From a virus (lineage: Duplodnaviria; Caudoviricetes): DNA of 53,391 nt. A program made the position numbers and the translations under genes. The notes below the pieces were generated by a model that saw nothing but the letters and a program-made list of their open reading frames with translations, was not told the origin of the DNA and searched no databases. Shown one piece after another: positions 17,947-28,532 of the stretch (position 1 is the first letter of the stretch; every line of letters begins with the position of its first letter). The DNA lies in IMG/VR virus record IMGVR_UViG_3300025889_000161, positions 1-53,391 of that record; one strand, given 5' to 3'.

Positions 17947-20427
17947 TTAAACTGGTTTATTTGTAGCTATAGAATACATAACTGGATTTCCATCCGGTCC
18001 CTTTCTCCATTCATATCCATTTTGTTTCATATAATTATACATTGCTCTATCTTGTGCCTTACCTGCTAGAGCATCTCTATTAGCTGTAGCAACACTTGTT
18101 CCTAATCCAGTTAATCCTTGACTAAGTGCGTTAGCAGCAGCAGCATCATTTTGAGCTTGTAAATTTTGAGTTTGTCCTAATATCTGAGCATTTTGAAAAT
18201 CACCTTGATTATATATTCCTACATTTTGATTAGATTGTCTCTCTTGTATATTAGCCATGGCGTTAGCTTTATCTTTAGTTAAAGATGTATTTTGAGCTAT
18301 CATATTACTTAAAGCTTGTCCAGAACTAGTAGCATTTCTTCTAATATTTTCTCTAGCAACATTAGCTGCAGTATTATATGCATCTGTAGTGCTTTTTAAA
18401 GCTGCAGAATAATCTACACTTTTAGGACTAACTAAATTAGCTTTAACTTGTTCAGCTCCTTTTGCACCTTGTATAATGTTAGAAATATTACCAATATTTT
18501 GAGCAGCAAATATACCAGCTTTTTTCCAATCAAATCCTTGTCCTTGTGGTGGATTAACATCTCCTGATTTCCCTAAATAATTATACATAGATCCTACTGG
18601 TTTGTTAAAATCCTCACCCAATGTCATAGGATTACCTTGTCCAAATGATTGATCAGTATTTCTACCAAAGTTATTTATAGATTGACCACTACCAAATCCA
18701 GTATTAGGCATAACATTTTCACTTTGTAAGAAGTTAGGAGTAGCGTATTCCATATTGGTTGGCTCATTAAGACTATTAGATTGATTAGATATAGGATTAA
18801 TATTTCCTGAATTCCCTGTATAGGATTGTAATATGCCTAGATCTGGATTAAGTGTTTTATTTAAATCATTAAATGCGGATAAATTTAATCCTTGATTATA
18901 ACGTGAAGAATTAAATAGACCACCAGGAGTAAAATCTTGTTCTACTTGTTCATCAAAACTCAGCTCACTTCCTCCTCGATACTTTAGTGTACCTCCATAT
19001 TCACGAGTTCCTCTAATTCTTTCTTCTTGCTCTTTAGAAAGAAGTACCGGTTGAGCTCTTACTGATTGCCTTTGTCCTAAATGCTTGGGACCTATAAGTT
19101 GATCCCAAAGTGGAATATTACCTTCTACTGATCCTGAGTAATTTATAGGTTCCAGTCCTTGTTTCTCACGCCTTAAATTATTCCAATCTAAATTTGCAAG
19201 ATAATCATTTAAATCTCTTTGTGAAACTACTCCTTCCGCAACTAAATCTTGTTGACTTAATTTAGTATTAGCTGGTATATTAGTTCTATCTAAACCTTTA
19301 GCTTTTAAGATTGCTTTTCTAACTCCCTCTATTTGTTTATTTCTTATACTATACTCATCTGATACATTAGAGGGATATTCAACTCTTCCCAAATTATCTC
19401 TCCTAACATGTTCCCATCCACCTAATGCTGTTTCGTTATTTTCATATATTGGATCTCTTGTAGTCATGTATGGATTTGTAGAATCATCTACATTCATACT
19501 TCCTAAATCAGGGACAATATATTTTTTACTACCTATTGTGTCAATATCTCCTGGTTTTACAGTAGCATTTTCTTGATTAATTAAATCTAATTGAGTAGGT
19601 AGTTTTCCTCCATCAGGATATTTCCCTATCTTACCTCCACAGCCAAACATCTCATTCATTTTATCTTGATGTTTAAGCCCTAATCTTTCTCTTTCATTTT
19701 CCTGCATTGCCATAAGAGATTTCATTTCTCTTTCTAATGCTTTCTTATCGTATGCATCATTTTGTCTTTGCGTATATTTCTTATTAATTCTTTTAGATGC
19801 ATCTGAGAAACTATAATCCTTACCGGGTAGTTTTACTTTTTCAGAGAAGATGTAATCTTCCCATCTAGTCTCTTTATCTTCAACTTCATTATTTGTATTA
19901 CCTAATGCAATGCCTCCATTCTCATGAGTATTTCCATTATATTCAGTAAGATTACCGCCATTTTCATATCCACTAGGTAGTTGCATATTGTTAGACATAT
20001 TAGGAGCAGATGTTCCAGCCGCATATCCTCCTAGTTGTCCAGCTATACCTGTAATAGCTCCAATCTGTTGTGCTTCTTGACTCTCTGGAGATCCTGCAGA
20101 AATACCTTGCCCCAAGCCTTCAGAACCTACCGCTATAGATTGTGGTGTTGTAGCTCCACCTGTAGCTATTGCTGTACCTAAAGCTCCTGCAGCTTGACCA
20201 TATCCTGCAATAGATCTTTCTTGATCAGTTATATCTTTATCAATAGATCCATGAATAGTATCTATCCCTTTGTTTGCAATACCACCTATTGGACCTGGTA
20301 GGATTGATCCTGCTATACCTTTACCTACTCCAACATATCCAGCACCTATGTCTCCACCAAGATCATATTGTTTAGTTTTTAAGATTGCAGCTAGATTTGT
20401 TGATTTCTTTTTCTTTTTATTTGCCAT
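17947..20427 (-). CDS. Cargo protein 1 (crAss001 gp45-like)
   Basis: 826 aa immediately after the muzzle gene. Gly-rich hydrophobic segments, GNTHENGGI...EVEDKET motif, repeated aromatic-x-x-GG motifs, Q/N/A-rich C-terminal helix. Confidence 0.7.
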   Translation of the reverse strand: MANKKKKKSTNLAAILKTKQYDLGGDIGAGYVGVGKGIAGSILPGPIGGIANKGIDTIHGSIDKDITDQERSIAGYGQAAGALGTAIATGGATTPQSIAVGSEGLGQGISAGSPESQEAQQIGAITGIAGQLGGYAAGTSAPNMSNNMQLPSGYENGGNLTEYNGNTHENGGIALGNTNNEVEDKETRWEDYIFSEKVKLPGKDYSFSDASKRINKKYTQRQNDAYDKKALEREMKSLMAMQENERERLGLKHQDKMNEMFGCGGKIGKYPDGGKLPTQLDLINQENATVKPGDIDTIGSKKYIVPDLGSMNVDDSTNPYMTTRDPIYENNETALGGWEHVRRDNLGRVEYPSNVSDEYSIRNKQIEGVRKAILKAKGLDRTNIPANTKLSQQDLVAEGVVSQRDLNDYLANLDWNNLRREKQGLEPINYSGSVEGNIPLWDQLIGPKHLGQRQSVRAQPVLLSKEQEERIRGTREYGGTLKYRGGSELSFDEQVEQDFTPGGLFNSSRYNQGLNLSAFNDLNKTLNPDLGILQSYTGNSGNINPISNQSNSLNEPTNMEYATPNFLQSENVMPNTGFGSGQSINNFGRNTDQSFGQGNPMTLGEDFNKPVGSMYNYLGKSGDVNPPQGQGFDWKKAGIFAAQNIGNISNIIQGAKGAEQVKANLVSPKSVDYSAALKSTTDAYNTAANVARENIRRNATSSGQALSNMIAQNTSLTKDKANAMANIQERQSNQNVGIYNQGDFQNAQILGQTQNLQAQNDAAAANALSQGLTGLGTSVATANRDALAGKAQDRAMYNYMKQNGYEWRKGPDGNPVMYSIATNKPV

Positions 20428-20443
20428 GTTTTTAAGTAATTTG

Positions 20444-20475
20444 TAAAAATACTGTATGTTCTATATAGAAACAAA
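20444..20475 (-). promoter_or_regulatory. Bacteroidota housekeeping-sigma-type promoter for cargo operon
   Basis: Minus strand TTTG-N20-TATTTTTA against consensus TTTG-N19-21-TAnnTTTG, in the intergenic gap before 20427. Confidence 0.55.
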
Positions 20476-20524
20476 TATTTTTAGTAATAGTTAGTAATCA
20501 GTTTTATTATAATTAATAATTAAG

Positions 20525-23500
20525 TTAATGAGGAGAAGGTCTAAAACTAGTTTCTATATCATGTAATATTAATCTTTCATTATTATTTGGTGTGTGAGTA
20601 AGTATTAATTTAATAAAATAATCTCTCATTCTAGGATTATTAGTGGAATTATCTCTAGGAATGTTTAATCTCCAGGTTCTAAGCTTTCTAATTACATTAG
20701 CATTAGGAGTTAGAGATATGATTCCACTATTCTGATGATCATTAAGTACTTGTATTGTATCAAAAGTTAAATTAGATTGATCAATATCATTAATAAATAT
20801 TTCACTCTTATATTCTATATTATCAAATATAGAAGTTAATTCTCTAGTGGAAATAATTAATTCAATTATTGATGGATATATAACCCCATAAAATTTATTC
20901 TTATCTCCCTCATAGTGTAAATATCCAGCTTTTAATCTATCTAAGTAGTCAACTATTAGGTTGTTAGTAGATTCAACAGTTAGTATTTTACCATCTGTTT
21001 CTAAATACATTGATGGGATACAGTCTGAAAATTGTTCAATAGCCTGAATATTTTCATTATATTGTATAGAGTAATTAGTTATTTCATCAGGAACAGAAAG
21101 GTCCCCAGAAGATATTCCTGAAGTTAATTCTGCACTTAAGAAAGTCATGTGTACTTTATTTCTAACTCTATCAAATATACCATGTACTCCCTTTCCTTCT
21201 AGTAACCTATCACTTTTTAATAGATTACCATTAATTTTTAAGAAATGAGAATGTAATCCTTTAATATCACTAATAGGATTAGTTGAACCTTCATATCTCA
21301 TCCATTTCTTTAATATAGCATCAAAGAAGTGAATAGAGTTTCCAGTTACAACTACAGATAGTTTATGTCTTGTTCCTGTATTTCTAGATATGTATCCAAA
21401 GTCATCTAGTATCCCACCGGAACCAACTGTTAAAGCTACACCATTTTCATCATTAATAACTGATCTATCATTAATAGAAGCTACACCAAATGACCTATCT
21501 TGAAAGAAAAAGAATTTATCTTTTAGAGTTGTTATTTTATTAATTTGTCCGTACTGACCCTCAACTTCTGTATAATTGTTTATTAGAAATACTCTCCAAC
21601 TATCCAATAATTCTCCATCTATTTTGTTCTCACTTGCCCAAATTCTATGAGGAAACTCTTCTACCGTATTGTTAATAAACCCTTTAGGATAGAATATTGC
21701 CTTAACATTATTCATTTTCCTATAGTGATCTGAAATACTATATGTAGCAGGTCCTTGACCTATTCCACCCATTCCTGAAAGATTAGTAAACCAATCTCTC
21801 CATTTAGGTCCTCCATAGTGACCATCAGTCATATATTCTGTATTGATAGAGGTTTCGCAAGGGAAAGAAAATCCTAAGTGATATTTTACATCTGTACCTG
21901 CAGAATCCAAACCATCTACTGCATCACCACCAAAACCATTCATATAGTAATACTGATAATGAAATTGTGTTACATAAGTATCTCCTCCGAATACTACTCT
22001 AGTTCTAGAAGATTGCGAATATTCTTTTAGAGATTCATATGATCCTGTTGCTATATAAGCATTATTTGACCTTGCCTCATAGGTACTTCCTCCATAAGAA
22101 TTAGAATAAGGTCTTTCATAACTAACCTCTTTCCATAACCATACATCCGGAACTCCACTACCTATCTCTCCAGATAATTCAGTCCATGGAGTATTAATAT
22201 CTACAATTTGCTTAGTATCCCCTATTCCAGCAGGTTTTTTTTGATTATCCATTGATGGGGAACAATTGATAAATTTTTTATTAGTATTATTAGGACCATT
22301 GAATCCAGCGGTAATTATTTGCCCTGGATATAATATTTGCTCCCTAACAATTTCTACTGTTTGACGACTAGCTGATGGGGTCCAATAACCACCTAAGTTA
22401 TTATACCCTACTACACTATTATCATTACTCCCACTTTCTACATTTACAAATTGATACTCACTACCAGCTTCATATCTATCTTTATAAAAACCTATATGTC
22501 TTAATCTATCTCCAGACCTCCAGGAATAATTCGTATTTGCTCTCATTAAGCTGGTAGGTGAAATTATTACTCCAGTAGTAGCAGCCCCAGCATCTCCATT
22601 ACCTAATTTTGGTATATCACTTATAGTAAAACAAGATTTGAGATCTCCATATACTTTAATATCATCATCATAATATATGGAAGTGTTTTGGGTTTGATTT
22701 AATACAAGGTAAGGAAGAAAAGAACTTCTATTTCCATTAACGTAGCTTCTAGATAATCTTCTATGAGTTACTGGATCATTGGTGAAGTTATTCCAAATAC
22801 CTGTTCCTAATCTTGTTTTATCTTGTTCTAATCTTTCTACTCTTACTATTTCGTATCCAGAAATTTTATCTTGAATACTAGAAACATCTAGATTAAATTC
22901 AATACCAATTGATTGCCCTAATATAGGTTCATCAGCAGTAAATGGATTTGAAATAGGAGTGCCAGAAATAGCATATGGATAGCTTCCCCCTACATTCTCA
23001 TATGATTCAGGAAATCTAATATCCCCTATCCATTTAACATTAAATGGATTTCCTTCTTTATCGTAGAATGCCACTCCAAATCTATAAGTCTCTCCTCTAG
23101 CATATCCAGTAAAAGCTCCAGTCATTGTAGGACTTTTGAAATTTTGAAATTCATCCCCATTTCCCCTAACCTCATTGTTAAGCGATGGAGTACCATATAT
23201 AGGAGCTTCTTTATTCCTACCCGCCCCGATAGTATTATATTCCCCACTACCTTGTGCAGTAGGTGGAAAGGCTGTAGGATTTGGAAAATTACTTACCCTC
23301 CCACTCCAAGATTTTTTAAGAGGTATGGGTTGTGTAGTAAAGGTATAGGAAATATTAGGTCCTTCCCCTCCTAACGTAATACCATCTGCCTTGTATTTAA
23401 ACCTATTACTTGTAGATAATAGTGAAGTCATGACAGCATCAGCATCCGATAAAGCTGAATTATAAGGATTAGTAGCATCATGTTCCTCTGGAACAGATGT

Positions 23501-24976
23501 ATATATTGGAGAACTTCCATTTAAAGTAATAGAAGTAAGCTCCCTATCAGTTAAGTAAGCCTTTCTATCAATAGCTGGAGTAGTAGATAGAGCACTGAAT
23601 CTATATGCCCTTGTATCAAATCCATCTAAAGTAGTATCCTCTGTATCAACATTAGCCGCTATAAGTCTTTTATCCTTTATAGTAATTGTCTTACATCTCT
23701 TAAAACTTCTAGTTAAAAATGCAAACTCTTCCGGAGTAATTGGAATATCTAATCCTTTATTAGTATGTATTACCTCTACATTACCATCACTAGGAACATC
23801 AGTTTCAGCAAATTTATATATAGATGTAGACGTTCCTACAGTAACAATAGCTATATGCTCAATTACTTGAAATGAAGTATCTATATTACTAACAGTATAG
23901 TATACTGATTTATTTCCAGTAGAATATGATCCACCATAAGTTTCATAAGCTCTATTTGGAGTAATATCAGAAGAGGGATCAAATGGTGCTAGTGGTATCG
24001 GATTTGTCACAGGAGAGAATGTACTATATCTTCCTCCTGTAGAAAATAACCTATATGCATATTGTATTACTGCTCCGTCTGGAAGAGTTCCCGTCTCTCT
24101 TACTGCAGTTACAACTGGAATACTCATATCTATACCTTCGGTAATATTTAAATCTGATGGAGATTTTCCTGCTAAATTAGGATCTAATACATTTGCAGTA
24201 CGTAAATTATTGTATTCATCTGTCCAATAAATTCTTCCTGTTTTAGAATTTTCATAATGTCCAATAGCCTCTGTTCCAATATGCCAATAAGTAGAAAAAT
24301 TAAGATTGTTATTATATATTAAATGATCAGGTACTGTAAGTGTATTATTAGCTCCTATATTATCTATAATCTTTGTTACTGGATCATATTTAAATTTCCA
24401 TATTTGTCCTGCAGAATTTGGAGTAGCGGAAGTTTCATTAGTAGTAAATAAAATAACATTATCTCTAAGGGTTGTCCAACCAATAATTTTTAAATTGGAT
24501 TGTGCCTCAACTTCGTATGACCCATCATTAACGCTTAATCCTAACCAACCTTTAATACCAACAATACTAGAATCTAAAGGAATAATATAAACAAATTCTC
24601 CATTTCTAATAATTTTTATACTAACTCCTATTAAAGCAGATAAACCTGTATTTAGGTCAGTTACTAAATCTTCTATAGAAGATACTGAAGCTGTAACATA
24701 AGATGTAAACAAGGTGTTATTAATAAGATAATCTACCTGAAATGTTCCAGCAATAGGATCCTCTGGATTATTAAATCTAACCTTCCAAAATGCTGGAATG
24801 TCCGGAATATTAAATGAAAGAATATTACCATCTTCATTCTCTATATTACCTGAAGATAAACCTTCCTCAGTTAATACTTTAATATTTGTACCTTTATAAT
24901 AGTTATTATTATCATACTTCGACTTAGAAGTATCTTGATTCATACCTTTTATAAAAGAATTTTTTAATTTAGCCAT
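20525..24976 (-). CDS. Tail muzzle / tail stabilization protein
   Basis: 1483 aa. N-terminal NSFIKGMNQDTSK, IYWTDEYNNLR, GYARGETYRFGVAFYD, FGGDTY and C-terminal NPRMRDYFIKL are characteristic of the crAss-like muzzle; follows ring protein gene. Confidence 0.85.
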   Translation of the reverse strand: MAKLKNSFIKGMNQDTSKSKYDNNNYYKGTNIKVLTEEGLSSGNIENEDGNILSFNIPDIPAFWKVRFNNPEDPIAGTFQVDYLINNTLFTSYVTASVSSIEDLVTDLNTGLSALIGVSIKIIRNGEFVYIIPLDSSIVGIKGWLGLSVNDGSYEVEAQSNLKIIGWTTLRDNVILFTTNETSATPNSAGQIWKFKYDPVTKIIDNIGANNTLTVPDHLIYNNNLNFSTYWHIGTEAIGHYENSKTGRIYWTDEYNNLRTANVLDPNLAGKSPSDLNITEGIDMSIPVVTAVRETGTLPDGAVIQYAYRLFSTGGRYSTFSPVTNPIPLAPFDPSSDITPNRAYETYGGSYSTGNKSVYYTVSNIDTSFQVIEHIAIVTVGTSTSIYKFAETDVPSDGNVEVIHTNKGLDIPITPEEFAFLTRSFKRCKTITIKDKRLIAANVDTEDTTLDGFDTRAYRFSALSTTPAIDRKAYLTDRELTSITLNGSSPIYTSVPEEHDATNPYNSALSDADAVMTSLLSTSNRFKYKADGITLGGEGPNISYTFTTQPIPLKKSWSGRVSNFPNPTAFPPTAQGSGEYNTIGAGRNKEAPIYGTPSLNNEVRGNGDEFQNFKSPTMTGAFTGYARGETYRFGVAFYDKEGNPFNVKWIGDIRFPESYENVGGSYPYAISGTPISNPFTADEPILGQSIGIEFNLDVSSIQDKISGYEIVRVERLEQDKTRLGTGIWNNFTNDPVTHRRLSRSYVNGNRSSFLPYLVLNQTQNTSIYYDDDIKVYGDLKSCFTISDIPKLGNGDAGAATTGVIISPTSLMRANTNYSWRSGDRLRHIGFYKDRYEAGSEYQFVNVESGSNDNSVVGYNNLGGYWTPSASRQTVEIVREQILYPGQIITAGFNGPNNTNKKFINCSPSMDNQKKPAGIGDTKQIVDINTPWTELSGEIGSGVPDVWLWKEVSYERPYSNSYGGSTYEARSNNAYIATGSYESLKEYSQSSRTRVVFGGDTYVTQFHYQYYYMNGFGGDAVDGLDSAGTDVKYHLGFSFPCETSINTEYMTDGHYGGPKWRDWFTNLSGMGGIGQGPATYSISDHYRKMNNVKAIFYPKGFINNTVEEFPHRIWASENKIDGELLDSWRVFLINNYTEVEGQYGQINKITTLKDKFFFFQDRSFGVASINDRSVINDENGVALTVGSGGILDDFGYISRNTGTRHKLSVVVTGNSIHFFDAILKKWMRYEGSTNPISDIKGLHSHFLKINGNLLKSDRLLEGKGVHGIFDRVRNKVHMTFLSAELTSGISSGDLSVPDEITNYSIQYNENIQAIEQFSDCIPSMYLETDGKILTVESTNNLIVDYLDRLKAGYLHYEGDKNKFYGVIYPSIIELIISTRELTSIFDNIEYKSEIFINDIDQSNLTFDTIQVLNDHQNSGIISLTPNANVIRKLRTWRLNIPRDNSTNNPRMRDYFIKLILTHTPNNNERLILHDIETSFRPSPH

Positions 24977-25749
24977 TATCTAATTCTTGAATTTCTATCA
25001 TTATTAGAATTATTAAATCTTTTTTCCATTTGTCCATCACTTTTAAAAGCAGTATTATGGGAATTAATATTAGGAATAAGTTTAATAAAATTATTTTTCC
25101 AACTTTCCATTTCATCAATAGTAGGTATTCTAGCAGAAGAATCTGCGGCAGCAGTATACCAAGCTAACTCTTGCTCTATTTTTTGTACTACTCTACCTGA
25201 TACTGGATGTCCTTGTATTTCTTTTTTAAATACCATCTTATCACCTATATATGCTTGACAAGCTTTAATATATTTAATATTATCCGGTATCATTGGATAA
25301 CCTCTTTCATCTGTAGGATTAGCTAGATATACCAACATTACATCACCTTTATCAAAACTAGTAAAAATATAACCATTATTTAGTTTGTATGTATCTTCTA
25401 GATTATTACTATTAGAAACTGTATCATTACAGAAATATGAAATATGAGTAGTATCAGTAGATACTCTCATTGGAATATATACATTACCTTCTTTTCTAAA
25501 CCCTTGAATAAGTTTATGTAAATCACAAGGTATTTTACCTCTATTATCTTCTATGGTAATTGCTTCTTGATGACCTAATGATTCATTACCATCTGTTGCC
25601 TTTTGTATATATGTCATAGGAGCACCTATTAAATCTAAACACTCTCCAATCCATTCTACGCAATTAATCCAGTTTAGTTCAGTGAATCCGTAGTCTCTTC
25701 CTACATTTTCAATGACTCTATCTAGTTTAATATATTTACCATTATTCAT
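24976..25749 (-). CDS. Tail tubular / ring protein 1
   Basis: 257 aa directly upstream of the muzzle; YKLNNGYIFTSF..G.V...Y...PTDERGYPMIPDN motif. Confidence 0.8.
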   Translation of the reverse strand: MNNGKYIKLDRVIENVGRDYGFTELNWINCVEWIGECLDLIGAPMTYIQKATDGNESLGHQEAITIEDNRGKIPCDLHKLIQGFRKEGNVYIPMRVSTDTTHISYFCNDTVSNSNNLEDTYKLNNGYIFTSFDKGDVMLVYLANPTDERGYPMIPDNIKYIKACQAYIGDKMVFKKEIQGHPVSGRVVQKIEQELAWYTAAADSSARIPTIDEMESWKNNFIKLIPNINSHNTAFKSDGQMEKRFNNSNNDRNSRIR

Positions 25750-26263
25750 AATAATCTATTTTTATATTTTCTTTAACTATTTTAGATATATATCTTTTAT
25801 TGCTTCTTGTCATTACTAATGAATACACAGAAGAATTTTTAATATTACATGTTCTTTTATCCCAATACCATTTATAATAATAACCATTTGTATGATCATT
25901 AGTGTGATATATAATCTTATTGTTTTCTTTTGCTTCTGGATTCCTTTTCCATAAATCATTAGTAGCCTTCCAATTTGGATGCAAATGCCTAGTTATTAAT
26001 TTTCCATTAGGATCTATCTTTAATCTTGTCTTATGTTTCCTAATTCGCAATCCACCTAATCTAAAAGGTAATCTAAGCTCATTAGAGGCACTTACTATAT
26101 TTTTACATACTTCTACATTAAAATACTTTAAAATAGCTCTATAGCGACTTAAACTAACAACTGGTTTATTATTTGCTTCCTGATTAAGTTTATATGCCTT
26201 ATACATATCTAATATTCCTAAATCAGTTTTATATATTTTTCTATTATCTGTTTTAGTAGCCAT
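25742..26263 (-). CDS. Basic HU/IHF-like protein conserved in crAss-like tail module
   Basis: 173 aa, Lys/Arg-rich. LRLPFRLGGLRIRK, NWKAT..LW and HTNGY motifs; lies between ring genes. Confidence 0.65.
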   Translation of the reverse strand: MATKTDNRKIYKTDLGILDMYKAYKLNQEANNKPVVSLSRYRAILKYFNVEVCKNIVSASNELRLPFRLGGLRIRKHKTRLKIDPNGKLITRHLHPNWKATNDLWKRNPEAKENNKIIYHTNDHTNGYYYKWYWDKRTCNIKNSSVYSLVMTRSNKRYISKIVKENIKIDYYE

Positions 26264-26952
26264 TAATCTTTAGTAACTGTATTATCTGAACCATCATTTA
26301 ATATATCAGATGGTATATTATATCTTTGTGCATACATATTAATTAGTTGTCCCATAATGTATGTATACATCCAAGTTTTTATTGGATAAGGATCATTTGA
26401 AGAATAACAAGGAGAACCATCACTACAATTAATAAATGGAGTTACATCTGCCGGATTCTCAAATACGCCCCTAACATTAATAGTTTCTATAAATTTATGA
26501 TTATCTGATTTAGAAACTAAATATATTCTACTATTAGCTAAGTACCAATATATTTCTCCAGTTGTATATTTACCATTACCAACCCATTTAGCTCCATCAA
26601 AAGTAGTTTTAGAAAAATCTTTTAATGTTTTATTAACTGGTCCAACTGTAGTTATAGCTACATCGTTATATAATTCAATAGCATTAGGAATCTTTAGTAC
26701 TGTTCTAAGTACTTTACATCCTGTAGATACATCACAGCATTCTGCTGGATCAGCTAATTCCATTGTTACACACCCTAAATCTTGAATAGTATTAGGGTCA
26801 ATACTTCTATTTTTATTAAATTCATTACGTAAAAGTAAAGCTCTTTGAGTAGCAACATCAAATGCTATCATTCTAGGAGATAACTCAGTATCATCAGATA
26901 AATGAGGTTTTACTTTTTGTAAGATATTAAATACTATTTCATTTTCTGTCAT
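26263..26952 (-). CDS. Tail ring protein 2
   Basis: 229 aa. SDD..LS.R.I, Q.LGC..M, RGVFENP and YPI motifs; synteny with crAss001 ring gene. Confidence 0.7.
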   Translation of the reverse strand: MTENEIVFNILQKVKPHLSDDTELSPRMIAFDVATQRALLLRNEFNKNRSIDPNTIQDLGCVTMELADPAECCDVSTGCKVLRTVLKIPNAIELYNDVAITTVGPVNKTLKDFSKTTFDGAKWVGNGKYTTGEIYWYLANSRIYLVSKSDNHKFIETINVRGVFENPADVTPFINCSDGSPCYSSNDPYPIKTWMYTYIMGQLINMYAQRYNIPSDILNDGSDNTVTKD

Positions 26953-26953
26953 C

Positions 26954-27781
26954 TTATAAATCCATTAATACGTTAATAGGTTGTTTACCATTATCTAATA
27001 TAACCCCACAACCAATTGCTGGTTTACCATAGTTCTTTGCATATGCCATAGCATATGATTTATGTTCAATACCACACCCAACTTGCATTCCAAATATCTT
27101 TATATTTCTACCTACTAACCATTCAGTATATGCTTGTGTATGTAAATGTCCTTGAACTACACTTTGTAAATCTTTTTTCATTCTACTTCTAGCAGTACCT
27201 CCTTCGCCATGAACATATAATACATCATTGTATGTTACAGACTCTGTAAAGTTCCATTTAGGAGTACCTAATACTTCTTTATACTCTCTAATCCATTTTG
27301 TAGGTATTGCAGAAGATTGTGCTTTTCTCATAATTATTCTATCGTGATTACCTATAATAACATCAGCTACAGGAAATGCCTTATACCAGGCTTCTACTTT
27401 ATCTATTGCCAATTCTAATTCTTGCAATCCACCCATCCCATTTGCATCAGTTTCATGATAACTGGAATAATGATTATCTATTATATCACCTATGAATATA
27501 ACTTTATTACATTCATATTTTTTATATGTTTCTTTACAAAAATTTAAATAATTAGTTAGTTCAAATGGTAAGTGAATATCACCAATAACTAATATATTTT
27601 CAATATTATTTTTTTCTACAATTACCTTTTCTTTAATTTTATTACCTATACTTCTTACATGAAGCCTAGCTATATTAACATCTTTAATTGTACAGTTCCA
27701 TTTCTTAGATAAAGCTCCAGCACCATTAGTCATGTACTTAGGATTATCTATAAACTTTTGTATTACTTCTTCTCTTGTCAT
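26954..27781 (-). CDS. Calcineurin-like metallophosphoesterase
   Basis: All five motifs present: GDIH, GDIID, GNHD, HG, GHLH; about 60-aa basic N-terminal extension. Confidence 0.9.
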   Translation of the reverse strand: MTREEVIQKFIDNPKYMTNGAGALSKKWNCTIKDVNIARLHVRSIGNKIKEKVIVEKNNIENILVIGDIHLPFELTNYLNFCKETYKKYECNKVIFIGDIIDNHYSSYHETDANGMGGLQELELAIDKVEAWYKAFPVADVIIGNHDRIIMRKAQSSAIPTKWIREYKEVLGTPKWNFTESVTYNDVLYVHGEGGTARSRMKKDLQSVVQGHLHTQAYTEWLVGRNIKIFGMQVGCGIEHKSYAMAYAKNYGKPAIGCGVILDNGKQPINVLMDL

Positions 27782-27800
27782 ATTATTTTTTTAGATTAAT

Positions 27801-27849
27801 AAAAAAAGAGTCTAGGGTTTAATAAGTTATATTAGCTCCTAGACTCTTT
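27801..27849 (-). terminator. Intrinsic terminator hairpin
   Basis: Perfect 12-bp inverted repeat (27805-27816 / 27838-27849), AAAGAGTCTAGG...CCTAGACTCTTT, ending in T7 on the minus strand. Confidence 0.75.
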
Positions 27850-27878
27850 AAAAACATGTTTAAAATCAAAAATCTAGA

Positions 27879-27910
27879 CAAATGTAATACTCTTTTTTAT
27901 TAATTCCTAA
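27879..27910 (-). promoter_or_regulatory. Bacteroidota-type promoter
   Basis: TTAG-N20-TACATTTG; the -7 box matches TAnnTTTG perfectly. Confidence 0.6.
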
Positions 27911-27926
27911 TTTTTTAGTACTTTTT

Positions 27927-28532
27927 TTATATCTTAGTTCCGTAAGCTATAATGTTAAATTCATCAATACCCGTCCCTAAATTATCTCTAACCTTAAATA
28001 TAAGTTGGTCAGTAGTTCCTTTTTCTAATCTAACTCCCCAAGGATTCCCAAATAATAGAGATAAATCAACATACACAATAATAGCATCAGCCCCTGATCC
28101 TGATAGATCAATTATTTGAGGGACATATCCTCCGTTAGATAATCTGAAAAATTCTAAATTATCTTTTATGCCATCGTGGATTGTTAGTTCTCCCAGTCTA
28201 ATAGACTTCCATATAAACTCTACACCATTAGTAAGGGCTGTCAAGTTTCCAAACTTTTGTAATGTAGCACTTTGGTCGGCTAACTTTATGGATAACGATT
28301 TAATGAAATAGTCAAAATCAGCATCAGCATTTATTGAAAATTCAACATTAGTGCTGGAACCATCAACCCTCATATCATTACTCACGCCATTCTTAAAGTA
28401 ATTCCTAAATGGTAAACTCTCTACTTTTTCATCAGTAGGTGGGTGAGTGTGTACGGTTACAGCAATTTCTCCCTCTCCATTTACTTTGAGAGGTTGACCA
28501 TTTGCTCCAATTATCCTAGTTACAGTCGCCAT
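27927..28532 (-). CDS. Putative structural beta-rich protein
   Basis: 201 aa. MRVDGS...VEF.I and FG.LTALTNGV motifs seen in phage structural proteins; coupled to neighbour by TAATG overlap. Confidence 0.45.
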   Translation of the reverse strand: MATVTRIIGANGQPLKVNGEGEIAVTVHTHPPTDEKVESLPFRNYFKNGVSNDMRVDGSSTNVEFSINADADFDYFIKSLSIKLADQSATLQKFGNLTALTNGVEFIWKSIRLGELTIHDGIKDNLEFFRLSNGGYVPQIIDLSGSGADAIIVYVDLSLLFGNPWGVRLEKGTTDQLIFKVRDNLGTGIDEFNIIAYGTKI

